This document shows, piece by piece, positions 1-11,999 of a DNA stretch of 64,000 nt. The DNA comes from Vermamoeba vermiformis (taxonomy: Eukaryota), in assembly GCA_045837725.1 (NCBI GenBank), contig JBEWZL010000149.1, forward strand, positions 1 to 64,000. The letters are read 5' to 3'. Under the pieces are notes generated by a model, which saw only the letters and a list, made by a program, of their open reading frames with translations, ran no database searches and was not told the DNA's origin. Positions within the stretch are counted from its first letter, which is position 1. Every line of letters begins with the position of its first letter. A program made the position numbers and the translations under genes.

Positions 1-1139
1 CCCTTACTAGGACAGCTACTGAACCAAGACTGGTACCATTTTGCAGGCCTTTTAAAGCCCTATTCAACCATGCATCAAACTCTAGGATCACTGAAACAAC
101 CCAAACTTTGATTTTACCAAGCCACAGACCTTTGGTCTCACCTTAGATCCAACGATCAGATCAAGCTATCTTCAACACAGATCTGCTATTTTACTTGTAT
201 TAGCTATAACTGATTGCTTAAACTCTGATTCCAAAGTCAAAGCTAAACTTTGGATCTTGACTCTTGGAGCTGACTAAGACCAAGGTGTTGGATCAGGCTG
301 ACTTCAACTCAGATCTGTTATATTCTTCATAGTCACTATGATTCATTGATTAAACACTGACTCAGATGTTAAAACCCAACTTTGGTACTTGACTCTAACT
401 CCTGGGGTAGGGTTGCCTCCTTCTACCTATGACTACCTTGACATTTCAACTTGAAACTGTTAAATACACTGTTTATATCATGTTTTTACATGTTTTTGAT
501 TGATTTGGCATGGGTTTGGATCCTAGCTCAAAGTTACTGTGCAGCTGATCAGGATTCAAATTCTTGAAGTACAGATCAATTGTCGGAATAGGTCAATACT
601 ATTATGATAAATATGCATAAATATAGTAACATAAGAATATGAAAGAAATTCATCAATCCAATATCATGGCTCTGAGATCTGGAGGCAAGCTGGATGCGTC
701 AAAGGCTGCAAACATGCGATCTTTGCAGATATGGCGTCGATCAATGACAATTCATATGAATATACTATGGTCCAAGTATGAGCTGATTCTGATACAAAGA
801 ATCTGATATCCAGATCTGGTGAGAAGTTAGACAAAATCTAGCAAGCGGTGGGCATTTTGTGAATGAATTTACAGCCAAAATGTTATAAACTGTGTTTCAA
901 TACCACAATGGACCACAACATAAAAGCTAATTCCCAGAAAAGAAAACAGGATAGCAATGAGGTGCTGGATCTGAATAAAAAACGAAAAATCATGGATGAA
1001 GGGTAGGAACTCATTTAAAAATTCCCTAAAATAATATAAATTAATGTATATTCATTAGAATTAGCATGGTAAATATTTCAGACATACATGCATGTGTAGA
1101 AGAAAATAAGAAATTTTCATTTGCTCCATGCCTCTTCAG

Positions 1140-1820
1140 ACTTCGCTTTCTACCTTGTAATATTATTAATTGTAGCAAATAATGAATATATGTACTTAAA
1201 CGACTTTGCTTTAGTGATCGATTTACTCACCACCGTCAAGGATTGTGGTACTCTGGTTCAGGCATTAGAAGAAGAGAACTCCATCACCCGAATGGACTTC
1301 AGAGGCATGAAAAAGGATTTTTAAGTTATTTTAACGCATTTAGTGCAGGTTGTAAATTGCCCCCAGCAATCATTACAGTTTTGCTGGATGCAGCTTGGCA
1401 CTGGGATTTGAATGTTTGCAAAATTGATCTAAAAGATACTGCTGAATAGTCTAGTAGTCAAACTATTACTTAGTAGTTCAATTCAGATGCTTATCAGTCC
1501 CATCATGGAGAGACTATACAATTTTATGATGATGGAGTGCACTATTTGAACTACGAAGGTATGCCTCTACCTTCAAAGGAGAAACGCTTGTCTAACAGTT
1601 ACTAGGTGCAGGGATTAATCATTCACCGGATATTTTTACTGGAGTAAAAGCTCAGTCATTGGTTTACTTTAACATCAGTCGTAATGAACTGTCTGCAAAA
1701 CAGTGCAAGGAGCTTGGTGTATTAGTAGCTAACTGCAGACAGCTCGAAGTAGTTAAAGCTCGATGTATGAGTATACTGCATCACTTATGACTGACACTAT
1801 TATTATTAGAAATGTAATTT
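1140..1820 (+). pseudogene. RNI-like leucine-rich-repeat gene fragment, possibly degenerate
   Basis: Exon pieces read TLVQALEEENSITRMDFR, CKLPPAIITVLLDAAWHWDLNVCKIDLK and SLVYFNISRNELSAKQCKELGVLVANCRQLEVVKAR, an LRR-like pattern. Some expected donors are non-canonical and I found no clean start or end. The region is CpG-poor. Confidence 0.35.
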
Positions 1821-1901
1821 ATACTCTTATCAATGTTCAAGTCCAAAGAAAACACTGTTTTATTACTTAATATAGATACACATAACATTAATTATAAAAA
1901 A

Positions 1902-4900
1902 TTATTTTGGAGTGCGGCGATAAAGCACCATAATGTCATCCTTGGAAACTGTGAGCATGCCTTTTCCAGTAGTACGAGAAACTAACATTCCAGTGTCAAT
2001 TAAAACTGGTTTTTTAACATTCCCATAGTGAACAGTTTTGGGAAAGTTTCTCTCAGGGAAATCATCTTGGACTGGCACATGAAAGTATTGGTAAAGAATG
2101 TGGCCAATTATTTCATGAGCTTTGTACTTGATGAGATCTGGGTCATTTCTTGTCTTGAATGGCTTCATTATTGGACTGGGCCTATTGTTTGGGCCTTTTG
2201 CTTCATTTCTTGGGGTTGAAGCCTTTTTCTGCTCCACAAAGGCATCACGTTCACGTTCTATCTTCTTTGCAACTCTTTTAGCCATCATAAAGATGAACGA
2301 GTTATCCACTGGGTGAGGCAATGGTTGTCCTTCTCGAAATTCCATTGGAGACGAGTAAAAAGGAGAGTAGAACTGCGGGACAACTTTATCCAAGAAAAAG
2401 AAGTTGTCTTTCTTAGCCAACAAAGCAGAAACACCAAGAACTGGCACCCACTCCAAGTGATTCACGTACAACAAGATGTTCATTTGGTTATGAACGTCTT
2501 TGGCCTCAATTCTATCCAACATTGGAAAGGTTGCACCATTCTTCTCATCCACATCTTGGTAAATTGCAAAATGCATTTTTCTAATAAAAAATCAGCTATC
2601 GGTTCGACGTAGCTACTTTTTTAACACTTACTCGTTTAATTCGGGGAAGCTTGCATTTGCCGTTTGCCAGAGACGAAAAAATTGTTGGTTTGCTATGGGA
2701 GGGGCAGGGATAAAGCCACCTTTTCCATCCTCTGGGATAATAGGGAAGCACGTCTCGATGAATCGAGTTATAACCTTTTTGGTTTTAGAACACTTGATAT
2801 TTTGCAGTGTGAAAGGTTCTTTGGAGGTGAGTAATTTGAAAACCTGCTTGTGCTTGGATGGGCTAATTTGCCATCCAGCAAAAAAGGATTCAAACAGGGA
2901 ATTCAGCAAGCTTGTAGCCAACACCATAGACTTTGAGGGGTATAACGGTTGAAAAAGCTCTTGCTTGGAGGTAGTTTGAAGTTGAACAGCTGCTTCCAAA
3001 GATTCACACAGTGGCCCTACTTGGGATACACGCCATTTGAAAGCTTGGTACAAGAATCTCCTTGTTAGAGCTAACTGGGGAGCCAATATATTCTGAGCAT
3101 CCTCATCTTCATTAACGATGGACTTCTTGTTAGAAGCGAGCAGAGGGAGATCACAATAACTACTCGCAGGCTTTTCCCAGTTGAAAGAAAATGTTCCTTG
3201 GGGAATGTAGATCTTGTTGTAGGCAAAGATATTTTCGATGATGTTCAAAGATGAAAACAGTTTTGGGTTGTGCAAGGTTGGGATGCTTCCAGACCAAATA
3301 AGTTGTTGAAGCTGTACAAATAAATTAAGCTTTCACTTGGCTCTATACACTTTACTTACATCCTCTAGCAACGCCAGCGCATTTATAACTTCGATATTGA
3401 GAACATCTTGCTCTACAGTAAAAAATCAGCTACGGGACCTTGGTAGCTACTATTATGCAACTTTTAGCTTTACCTTTCAAAGCTTCCTTATAAATTTGTT
3501 CGAACATTGTGTGCAAAGTAATTGCTTGTTGCTGCGTCAACAATTTGATAGATTCTGATGAAACTAATTGGACAGGGCTGAATCTCATCGACTCATCTGG
3601 GATTTTCCTTTCGCAACAAAGTCGATACAACTCCAGGTGAGTTTCAATGATGCTATCTGCAATCTCTTTCATTTCATCAAAAGCAGCTAGAAGGCGCTGC
3701 ACTCCCAAGTTTTGAAAACTAACTTCAAGCCTGATGCCTGCAGAACTCTCTTTCAAGGTTTGCAATATTCTGTCAATGTTCGCCTTTTCAGAACTTTTAA
3801 GAAAACTCTGTCCAATTTGAAGAGACCTAACTCGAACAATTAGACTCGTATCAACTAAACTTTTGTCCTTACTTGTTGAGTATAAACTTTTGAGTATCTT
3901 CTGGAATGTTGGATCCATGACAAACAATATCAAATGGAACCACTCCAACAGTATAGCAAGTATCGTTGTAGGGAGCATTATTTCTCCAAAACTGACTTGC
4001 AGAACAGTACACTTTCACCTCACGTACTGCATACTGTTTGGAGTGCCATTCTATCATGCAGCTTGACACTTGTCCCAAGCCCAAGTTTGGGAACAAAACA
4101 AAATGTCCCTTTGGTTGTTTTGAAGCAGCTTCATCTTTGGTTGGGGGGTGTCTCTCGTTTAGTTGCATGAGGTTTCCCAAAGGAGATTGAGAGGGGATTG
4201 CAAAGCATTCCAAGTATTGAGGAGACCAAACTAGAGACATGATGCTTCTGTAATCTGCTTCAGGACTAAAAACTAGATTAGAATAACATAGATTAGGTAA
4301 CCACGTACCTAATTGTGAATGCTAAGTCTTGTATGAACTGGGTGTTGTCAAAGAGGTGGTTATTGGGATCTGTTATGTCATCCAAATTGAATACTGATGC
4401 CACATGCTGCATGTGAGCTTCAAATCCAGCATGACTTTCAAAAATCTCTTTCTTGCCAAAATATTGAAACGAGAAACACAAACGAATCCTACACAATACT
4501 AAGCTACCATCGCTCTATTATCTATCAACTTACTTTTGACCATTGTAGGTAAAGTGATCTAGCTTGTTCTCAATGCAGACAAAGGACCCTACTTCAACAA
4601 CTCCCTGAATCTTATTGTGGAACTTGTTTTTGGTGAAAGCAAGCAGCTGATTATGCCATATCCCCATGGATCCCCTCTGCGGGCTTTCAACAATGCCTAA
4701 ATGCAGCTATCAGTCATCGGTAGCTAGTTTTTTCCAACAGCTATGTTTACGATAAAATACGAGCTATTGAAACTTGATAGCTAGTTTTACCTTGGAGTAG
4801 ATGCAAGTAGAATTGATCGATGAGCTGCTTTGGTTCTGGGAATCTTGATCTTGGACAATCCAGAAAACAGACATATACTTTCCACTTGCCAGCAACCTCT

Positions 4901-5778
4901 CTTTGATCAGGAGTTAATGAATTTCTAACCTAATATGTAACGTACCCTATCTGCACATTAACTACGTTGTGTAGAGTCACACCTTTGTATTCGTGCTTTA
5001 TCTTCATAGCCCACGAAGAGTATTGCGGTGTTAAGCTTAAATTTAAGCACTGCTTGAGTACTTTGAGCGTGTCCGTGTGCACAATCGTTGCATCAGCGTC
5101 TTGTGACAACTTGAAAGTCGAAGGAAGCACATTCGCTGGCTTGGATTCCAATGAATACACTTTTCTTGAGTTAATCCACTTAGTCCAGTGCGACTCAGTA
5201 GACTTATTCTTGATAGAACCAATGCTTGGGAAAAGAGACTGAGAGCTAGCAATTACTGCTTGCTCTAGTTCACTCGTGTAAACACCTCTTTTTTCTTTCC
5301 CTCTCTTAAGCCTTGCTAACAACTCTTGTTTGTTCTCCTCTGGTAACTCCCGCCATTCATCTTGAGTCACATCCAAGCTAAGTAGAGGTAAGCAATCCAC
5401 TACGCACCTTATGCCTTCACTTACTTTTCAAGTTTGAATATCACTTTCTTTTTGTCAGAAGAGGTCAACTTGCAAAAATCTTGTGGATGAAGACAAGGGT
5501 TATCAGCTTGTAAAGCGTTGTATTTTTCATAAGTAAAGTCTTTCTCCTATAGATATAATTGGCATTGGATCGACAATACTACAATGACTTACTTGCACTG
5601 CTTCGTGCTTTTTAATAACTTCTTGATCATCTTCAATATCCATTCTATCGTCGAGTTGGATCGCTTCATAATCAGCCTCAAAATTAACGACGAAATCAGA
5701 CGAGAGGTTGTTCTGGTCACTGACGCGTCCATTATCCGAGGACATGTCGTAAAAGCGGTTGCGGTTGCGACTGTCCAT
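1902..5778 (-). CDS. Large orphan multi-exon protein B (roughly 1,100 aa), unknown function
   Basis: ORFs 5527-5781, 4930-5400, 4293-4496, 3869-4240, 3430-3978, 2628-3275 and 1902-2576 join through ~45-95 nt GT-AG introns. Starts MDSRNRNRF and ends VLYRRTPK*. Confidence 0.65.
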
Positions 5779-5867
5779 CACTACAAATACAATTTATTTA
5801 GTATACAAAATATGACCTATTTACTAAGACAGATGGAAAAAAACTCGTCGGGAAACGGAGAAAAAAT

Positions 5868-8427
5868 CTATCCAAGTAAATAGGGAGGTAACTCTTTGTC
5901 AAGAGTCCACGCAGAAAAGTAGGACGCATGTAGATACGTCGGAGATCTACAATCTGCTTTAATCACACTCCAGCTCTTCTCCAATGTCGAAGTAGTAGGA
6001 GCTCTTTTGATTAGAGAGGAATAAGGAATGTCGCAAAACAGAAGGGCTGGAATCAGACGACATATCTCAAGGAACTTGAACATATCGCTCTTGCACCTAA
6101 ACAACAACTGCTTGAGCTCAAAGCAGATTTCTTGTTTAAACTTACGTTCGAAAGGCTTGCTTAGGGGCCTTTACACCAACTAGTCGTCTAGGAAAGCAAC
6201 CAAGACGCTCAAGTTTGATAAACATTGGATGCTTCACAAGTTTGTCAAACAGTGCCGAGTTAACTGCTTGCGAAAGAGCTGATGTATTTTTGGAACCAAA
6301 TTCGGATCTGTTGGCAAGCTCTGCGGTAATGTTGCATGACCAAGAATGCAGCACAGTGCAAAGGACGAACATAACCAGTTTCACTTTGATCTGAATTATG
6401 GTAAAATATCAGCTACGGCATTCTCGTAGCTAGTTTTTTGGAAACTTGCCTTAAGCTTCGCTTGTTGCGGGAGAGTATCCTCCAAAGTCAATGCCACCCA
6501 GTTTAGCATCGCTTCTTTGTCTGCTCCTGCCAGTGTTGGATCAAGCCAGCTTCGCAAAAACGGTTTTGGAATGGCCTCCACATTAACCTTGTTGAATAAT
6601 GAAAACTCTTTGACGGCATCGCTTTGAAGGGTCTCGTGTACAGCAATGAAGTACTCCGATTGAAAGTGAGTTCGTTCGTGAAGCTCCAAGAAGAATTCCT
6701 TGCTAGTTTCTAGTGTCCAACAATTAGAAGCTGAGATTTATAAGTATAAACTCCTACCCTCCACTTTCAGTTCAGCTAACAACAAACCAAACGCAACTGC
6801 AGGAGCATCCTCGATCTCCATATCATCGGCGTCAGTGTTTTCCTTATCTTTAGTTCCTGCGCCCTTTTCTTTTGCTTTATCATCGGCTTTGCCCTTGTCG
6901 TTAACATCATCTTCGTCGAGAAGCATTTTGAGTTCACTTATTTCGTTCTTTTTTGGTTGGGCTTTTGATTTCTTCGGCTTCTTAGGCTCTTGGAATGAAC
7001 GGTCAGAGTTCTCATCAAGTTCCACAACAATAGCTCGCTTTTTCTTGCTCTTGGTCGGGCTCGCAGGAGGCTCATCGGCATCAGAACTCTGCGAATCGAT
7101 AGTGGTTCGCTTTTTCTTTGGCTTGGTCGGACTTGCAAGGGACTCGACATCGTCAGAATTCTGCGAGTCTGACTCTATGCTATCGCGCACTTCGACTGAA
7201 ACATAGTGACGAAGTTTCACTGTATAAAGCCAGTTAGCAAAGTGCATATACATCCCTCCAATAACATACCAGACTTCTCTTTCAAGCGCATTGCCACAAG
7301 CTTGTTAGCCTCAACTAAGAACTGAGCATCGATGGAACTTAGATAGTGCATGCAAACTTCGAACAGAGCCATTGGATCTGGTGAAAGTTGTAGTTAAGCA
7401 ATTGATTACTAGGGTTCTAATACGCACCATTTGCAGTCGCCAAAAGAGACTTTGCAAACTTAGTGAGATCTATTTGCAAAAAAATTAGCTATCAGCGGTC
7501 CATAGCTACTTTTTCCTTACTGTTATTGCTTCCATCTCCCTTAGACTTGGTCGGAGAGGATAACTCTTCATTGCTCTCCTCGTCCTCCTGGTCGCTATAA
7601 CTTTCTTCGAATCCATTGCCATCATAGTCGTCAGTTACTTTCTCGTTCAGGTTGAGCTTATCGGTCTTCTTTGGGTTCGGTCTAAGATTGCCTCTTCGTG
7701 GTTTGGGACTGCTGATGCTTAAAGCCTCGGATTGGTTCGACGAGGCACTTGAAGCCTCGGATTGGCTCGATGAGGCACTTGAAGCCTCGGATTGGCTCGA
7801 CGAGGCACTTGAAGCCTCGGATTGACTCGACGAGGCATCATCTTCCTCCTCTTCTTCTTGCGAATCTTTTGAATGCGACTCAACCGAAATGTCCCGCTGC
7901 TGTAAAAACGAATATCAGATCCCTATAGCTGCTTTTTGGCGCGCTCTGTATTGCAAACTTACCACCAACTCTGAAGATCGATTTCCGTCGCCAGTCGCCT
8001 TGTGCCTCGATTGCCGTGAGCTCATGTACTTTTGCAACACCTTCATGCCCTCTTCGATGCTCTCTTTGGTCACTTTCAACTCCGGCCAGGTATCAGACAC
8101 CCACTGAGCGATATCATCCTGAGAAACAAAAGATTTATCGAGCATGTAGTGCGCGTAAAAGGTACTCACCCAGATTCTTCCCGGATGAGGGGTGGGTACA
8201 TTGTTTTTAGCGCCAATATCTGCCACGGTTAGTGTAGACACAATCTTCTTGATTTCTCCCAAAAGAGTATCGTGGGGAATCATTTTGAAGAGTGCAAACT
8301 TACTAGATACAAAATCCAAAAAAAATTCTAATTTCTGTTTAAAATTGGATTTGCTGAAGTCTCCCGACGAGACATTTTCGTTTAAGATCTTTTTAAGACT
8401 AGTGATTGCTTTTTGTATATCAGACAT
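5868..8427 (-). CDS. Orphan multi-exon protein A (roughly 730 aa) with Ser/acidic/basic low-complexity middle
   Basis: Starts MSDIQKAITSLKK at 8427. Exons join through short introns (e.g. 7962-7900, 7520-7470, 7269-7221, GC-AG 6449-6391). Has NLS-like PTKPKKKR and PTKSKKKR. Stop at 5868. Confidence 0.6.
7720..7838. repeat. 30-bp coding tandem repeat x4 (ASSSQSEASS on the minus strand)
   Basis: GAAGCCTCGGATTGGCTCGACGAGGCACTT repeated four times with few changes. Confidence 0.9.
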
Positions 8428-8559
8428 ACCTCGTGTTGTTGTAACTACAATCAAGGATGAAGGTTAAAACAACCGCCAAAAAAAAACCTGGTCAAATCAT
8501 TTTGGCCAAAAATGTACCGGAGGATATTTTAATACTAGCTATTGACTTTTAATAGCTAC

Positions 8560-9840
8560 TTGCACTTTATTTACAATAGTTGGGTACAACAAAAGTTCGT
8601 TCCATCATGCACCAGCAGCGCGCACAAAGAGGCCTCCGCATCGGATTTCGCAGTTGTAAAGCTTTAGCCACCATCACTAAGTAACGCACGCGTTAGAGAA
8701 TGTGTGGAATCAACGCATATTAACGCTTTTAAATCACTTACGGGTTGGGCAGTCTGCGGGTACTTGCTAATGGGGATCGAGTGAACCGAAAGAGTGAAGC
8801 TGTAAATCTTCAGCCACTAAAAGCAACTAACGCACGCATTAGTATATGCACTATTTTAACGTGTGTTAACAATTTTAAATAACTTACGCGTCAGGCAGTG
8901 TCAGAATCTGCGGGTGCTTGCGAATCGGGTATCGTGCAGATTCAAAATTCGAAGCTGTAAAGCTTCAGCCATGGAAACTAATAAAACAACGCGTTAGTAT
9001 ATGTATTGTATTAACGCGTATTAATAATTTTAAGTCACTTACGCGTCGGGCAGTGTCAGAATCTGCGGGTGCTTGCGAATCGGGAATCGTGCAGATTCGA
9101 AATTTGAAGCTGTAAAGCTTCAGCCATAGAAACTAATTAAATAACGCGTTAGTACATGTGGTCTATCACGGGTATTAATAATATTAAATAACTTACGCGT
9201 CGGGCAGTCTCAGAATCTGCGGCAGTTGCGAATCGGGAATCGTCCAGATTCGAAATTCGAAGTTGTAAAGCTTCAGCCATACAAACTAATAAAACAACGC
9301 GTTAGTATTTGTATTATTATGACGCGTATTAACCTTTTCAAACGACTTACGCGTCAGGCAGTCTCAGAATCTGCGGGCTGCTAAATCCGGCATCGGTCGG
9401 CAGATTCTAAATTCGAAGCTGTAAAGCTTCAGCCACGGAAACTAATTAAATAACGCGTTAGTATTTCTATTATATTAACGCGTATTAACAAATTTAATTT
9501 ACTTACGCGTCAAACAGCCTTAGAATCTGCGGGCGGCTAAATCCGGCATCGGTGGCAGATTCAAAATTCGAAGCTGTAAAGCTTCAACCATTAAAACTAA
9601 TAAAATAACGCGTTAGTATTTGTATTATATTAACGCGTATTAACAAATTTAATTTACTTACGCGTCAAACAGCCTTGAATCTGCGGGCTGCTAAATCCGG
9701 CATCGGTAGATTTGAACCATCATGCGTTGGAAATGTGCTAACGCACCGTTAGTAGTGCGTTACACCAACTACGCGTTGTATTTAACCGCGTAGTGTACAG
9801 AATTACCACGTGTGTTGTTCGTGGTAATAAAATTTAACAA
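8560..9840 (-). ncRNA. Putative spliced long non-coding RNA with 8 introns and repeated ~90-nt hairpin exons
   Basis: Each repeat unit has a minus-strand GTAAGT donor, a CTAAY branch point (mostly TACTAAC) and a TTAG acceptor (introns ~65 nt). An extra intron lies at 9806-9738 and AATAAA at 8571-8566. Spliced exons have no conserved long ORF. Confidence 0.55.
8640..9710. repeat. ~155-bp tandem repeat, ~7 copies
   Basis: ACTTACG anchors at 8736, 8882, 9037, 9191, 9345, 9501 and 9656 (spacing 146-156). Well-preserved units contain GAATCTGC...GCAGATTC, GAAGCT-GTAA-AGCTTC and up to three ACGCGT. Confidence 0.95.
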
Positions 9841-10218
9841 ATGCGAAGATTTTCTTGGTTGGCCAATTTTTTTTGGCCGATTTTTTTTGGCTTGGTTTTT
9901 TTTTGTTTCCTTTTTTAGTTCTAATTTACCGTTACTCACAACACCACTACACAACCTAGGTAAGTAATTGACATTAAAATTTAGTTCGCGTTAATAATTT
10001 ACTTGTATAGATCGTGGTTACGACCATCACGAAGACTTAGATTCGGAGTGAACCCGTTACGGACGGGATACGCACAGAAAAAATCGTAAGGTACGTAATT
10101 TTAATTTAAATTACATCAATAACGACAATTTAATACATTAATATTAATAAAAAATAATAGAACGGATTTTCAAATCTAGATCTGCTCGATCTCGGAATCT
10201 GCCGAGTGTTTCTCGGGG

Positions 10219-10455
10219 CTAGTGGCACTGCATGGTTCACGTCGAACCGCGTGCCTACTAGCATTACCAACGGTTCATCCGGGTAATGTCCGAGAGCACT
10301 GGTAGATCGATCAGTGCGCGATCCTTTGATGGTTCACGCCGCGTGCAAACTTGGGACTAGTAGGCACTGCCTGGTTCACGACGAACCGCGTGTCTATTAG
10401 AATTGTCGACGGTTCATCCGGGCAATTTCCAAGTGCATTCGGATGCGATCGGTTT
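10219..10455 (+). repeat. Duplicated (~138-bp period) structured element upstream of the Fpg/Nei start
   Basis: CTAGT(A)GGCACTGCNTGGTTCACGNCGAACCGCGTG...ACGGTTCATCCGGG at 10219 and 10357, with conserved stems. Confidence 0.75.
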
Positions 10456-10493
10456 TCGAGCAGGCACGTCCAGAGCGTAGCTAATAATTTACA

Positions 10494-11985
10494 GATGCCA
10501 GAGTTGCCAGAGGTGGAAGTTTTCGCACGAGAAGTAAAGAAACGAGGTAAGTCAAGTCTTCATTTAATTTACAATTTTTATAATAATTAATTAGCAACTG
10601 GTGCCGTCATTACGGCAGTGAATAAGATTAAATTCCACGCAAAATACGACGCGGAGATATTGGCAATACGCCAAAGTTTGCCAATGGAAGTCACAAATGT
10701 AAGTAAGGTTATTTTTGAATTATTTGCTCGTTACTAACCCGTGCTCACCAGGTAGTTTCACGTGGCAAGGAGATTGCCATCATGACCGACAAGGGCTCGG
10801 TGTTGTTTGGAATGGGCACTGGTGCTGCTTTTCACGTGGGGAGTCTGACGGAGCTCGCAGAGTGTCCACTGGACACGCGCTGCAACGCGTACTTCTCCTT
10901 AGACGACGGTAGGGCAATCTTCATTCTGGATTGCCAAACAAAGCAAAACCAGGTTTCCTTCAAGTGGAAACAAGGAGGAGATTGCCCTTTCGATCCAGCT
11001 CGTGGTCCACACGCGTCATCCAGCGAGCTGCTTCCACACGTCACGAGTTGCCTGATGGACGAAGGCAACGCCAAGTATTTCAAGGTATGTATGGGCATCG
11101 ATAACGAGTAGATTGAATAATATTGGACCAGGTAGCCACAATACTGGACGCATTGCTAAACCAGTCTCTGTTTAATGGAGTTGGTGCCTACTCGTCGAAT
11201 GAAATTTGCTATTGGTTTTACGAGTACACGGGTATTGCAAAAAAAGCGGATATTGGGAGCCCGTAGCTACTTTTTTTAACGGAATCATACTTGTAGGAAC
11301 TCGTCCGTGGGCAAACTTCAAGCATGCAATGCTTGACAGGGGTTTACTAGAGCAATTCATACGCCTAGTTCAAACCTACTTCAATTTCATGTCAGAGTAC
11401 TTGCGTCTACGGCCGTACATACCACCAACAAAGTACGACGAACGAGAAGAGCTCTCATTCAGAGCTGTTTTTCTCAAGGTTTATCGTGCGCAAAACGTTA
11501 CGCTGACTTCAGGAAATCGCGTTCCGGTGGTGACGATGGCGGCTGGCTTGACAAAAGCAGGGGCCTCCCACATGCGCATTACGAAAAGCAGTGCCAGGGT
11601 GTACGTGCCGTCATTATCACCCCAGGAGATAGAGGAGTTGCCCAAGTCATGGGGAAATATCGCAACCCCGAAGAAAGAAGATCCGCAAAATCTATTCGTT
11701 GGTGCGTTCTCGTGGTGGGGCATATCCGATAAACTTAAAGCAATTGATTCCCCACAAAAGGTAAGTATTACAAAGACAATTAATTCCACTAACATTATGC
11801 AGAATATCAACTTGCGCCCAAGCACCGCGTCACGATTGATGGAGTCCGAGTCAGACCAGAGCGAGAAGAGCGAGAAGACTAATGCAGTTAGCCCGAGGAA
11901 ATTTAAAGGAAGGGGGGCTTCACGGTTGGGGGGAAGAGCCAGGAAGATACACTGCTTCCAAAAAAAAATAGAAAGTATTTTTTAA
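10494..11985 (+). CDS. Fpg/Nei family DNA glycosylase/AP lyase (no zinc finger evident)
   Basis: N-terminal catalytic MPELPEVE. After splicing (introns ~10548-10594, 10699-10751, ~11085-11131, 11232-11297, 11761-11802) it has VVSRGKEI...LFGMG and the H2TH motif LLNQSLFNGVGAYSSNEIC. Basic C-terminal tail. Confidence 0.85.
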
Positions 11986-11999
11986 ATAAATAATTTTAT

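Noticed and set aside
8918-9115. ORF in the 155-bp repeat, and short MAEALQLRI peptides on the minus strand
   Set aside because: Frame, start and stop are not conserved between units.
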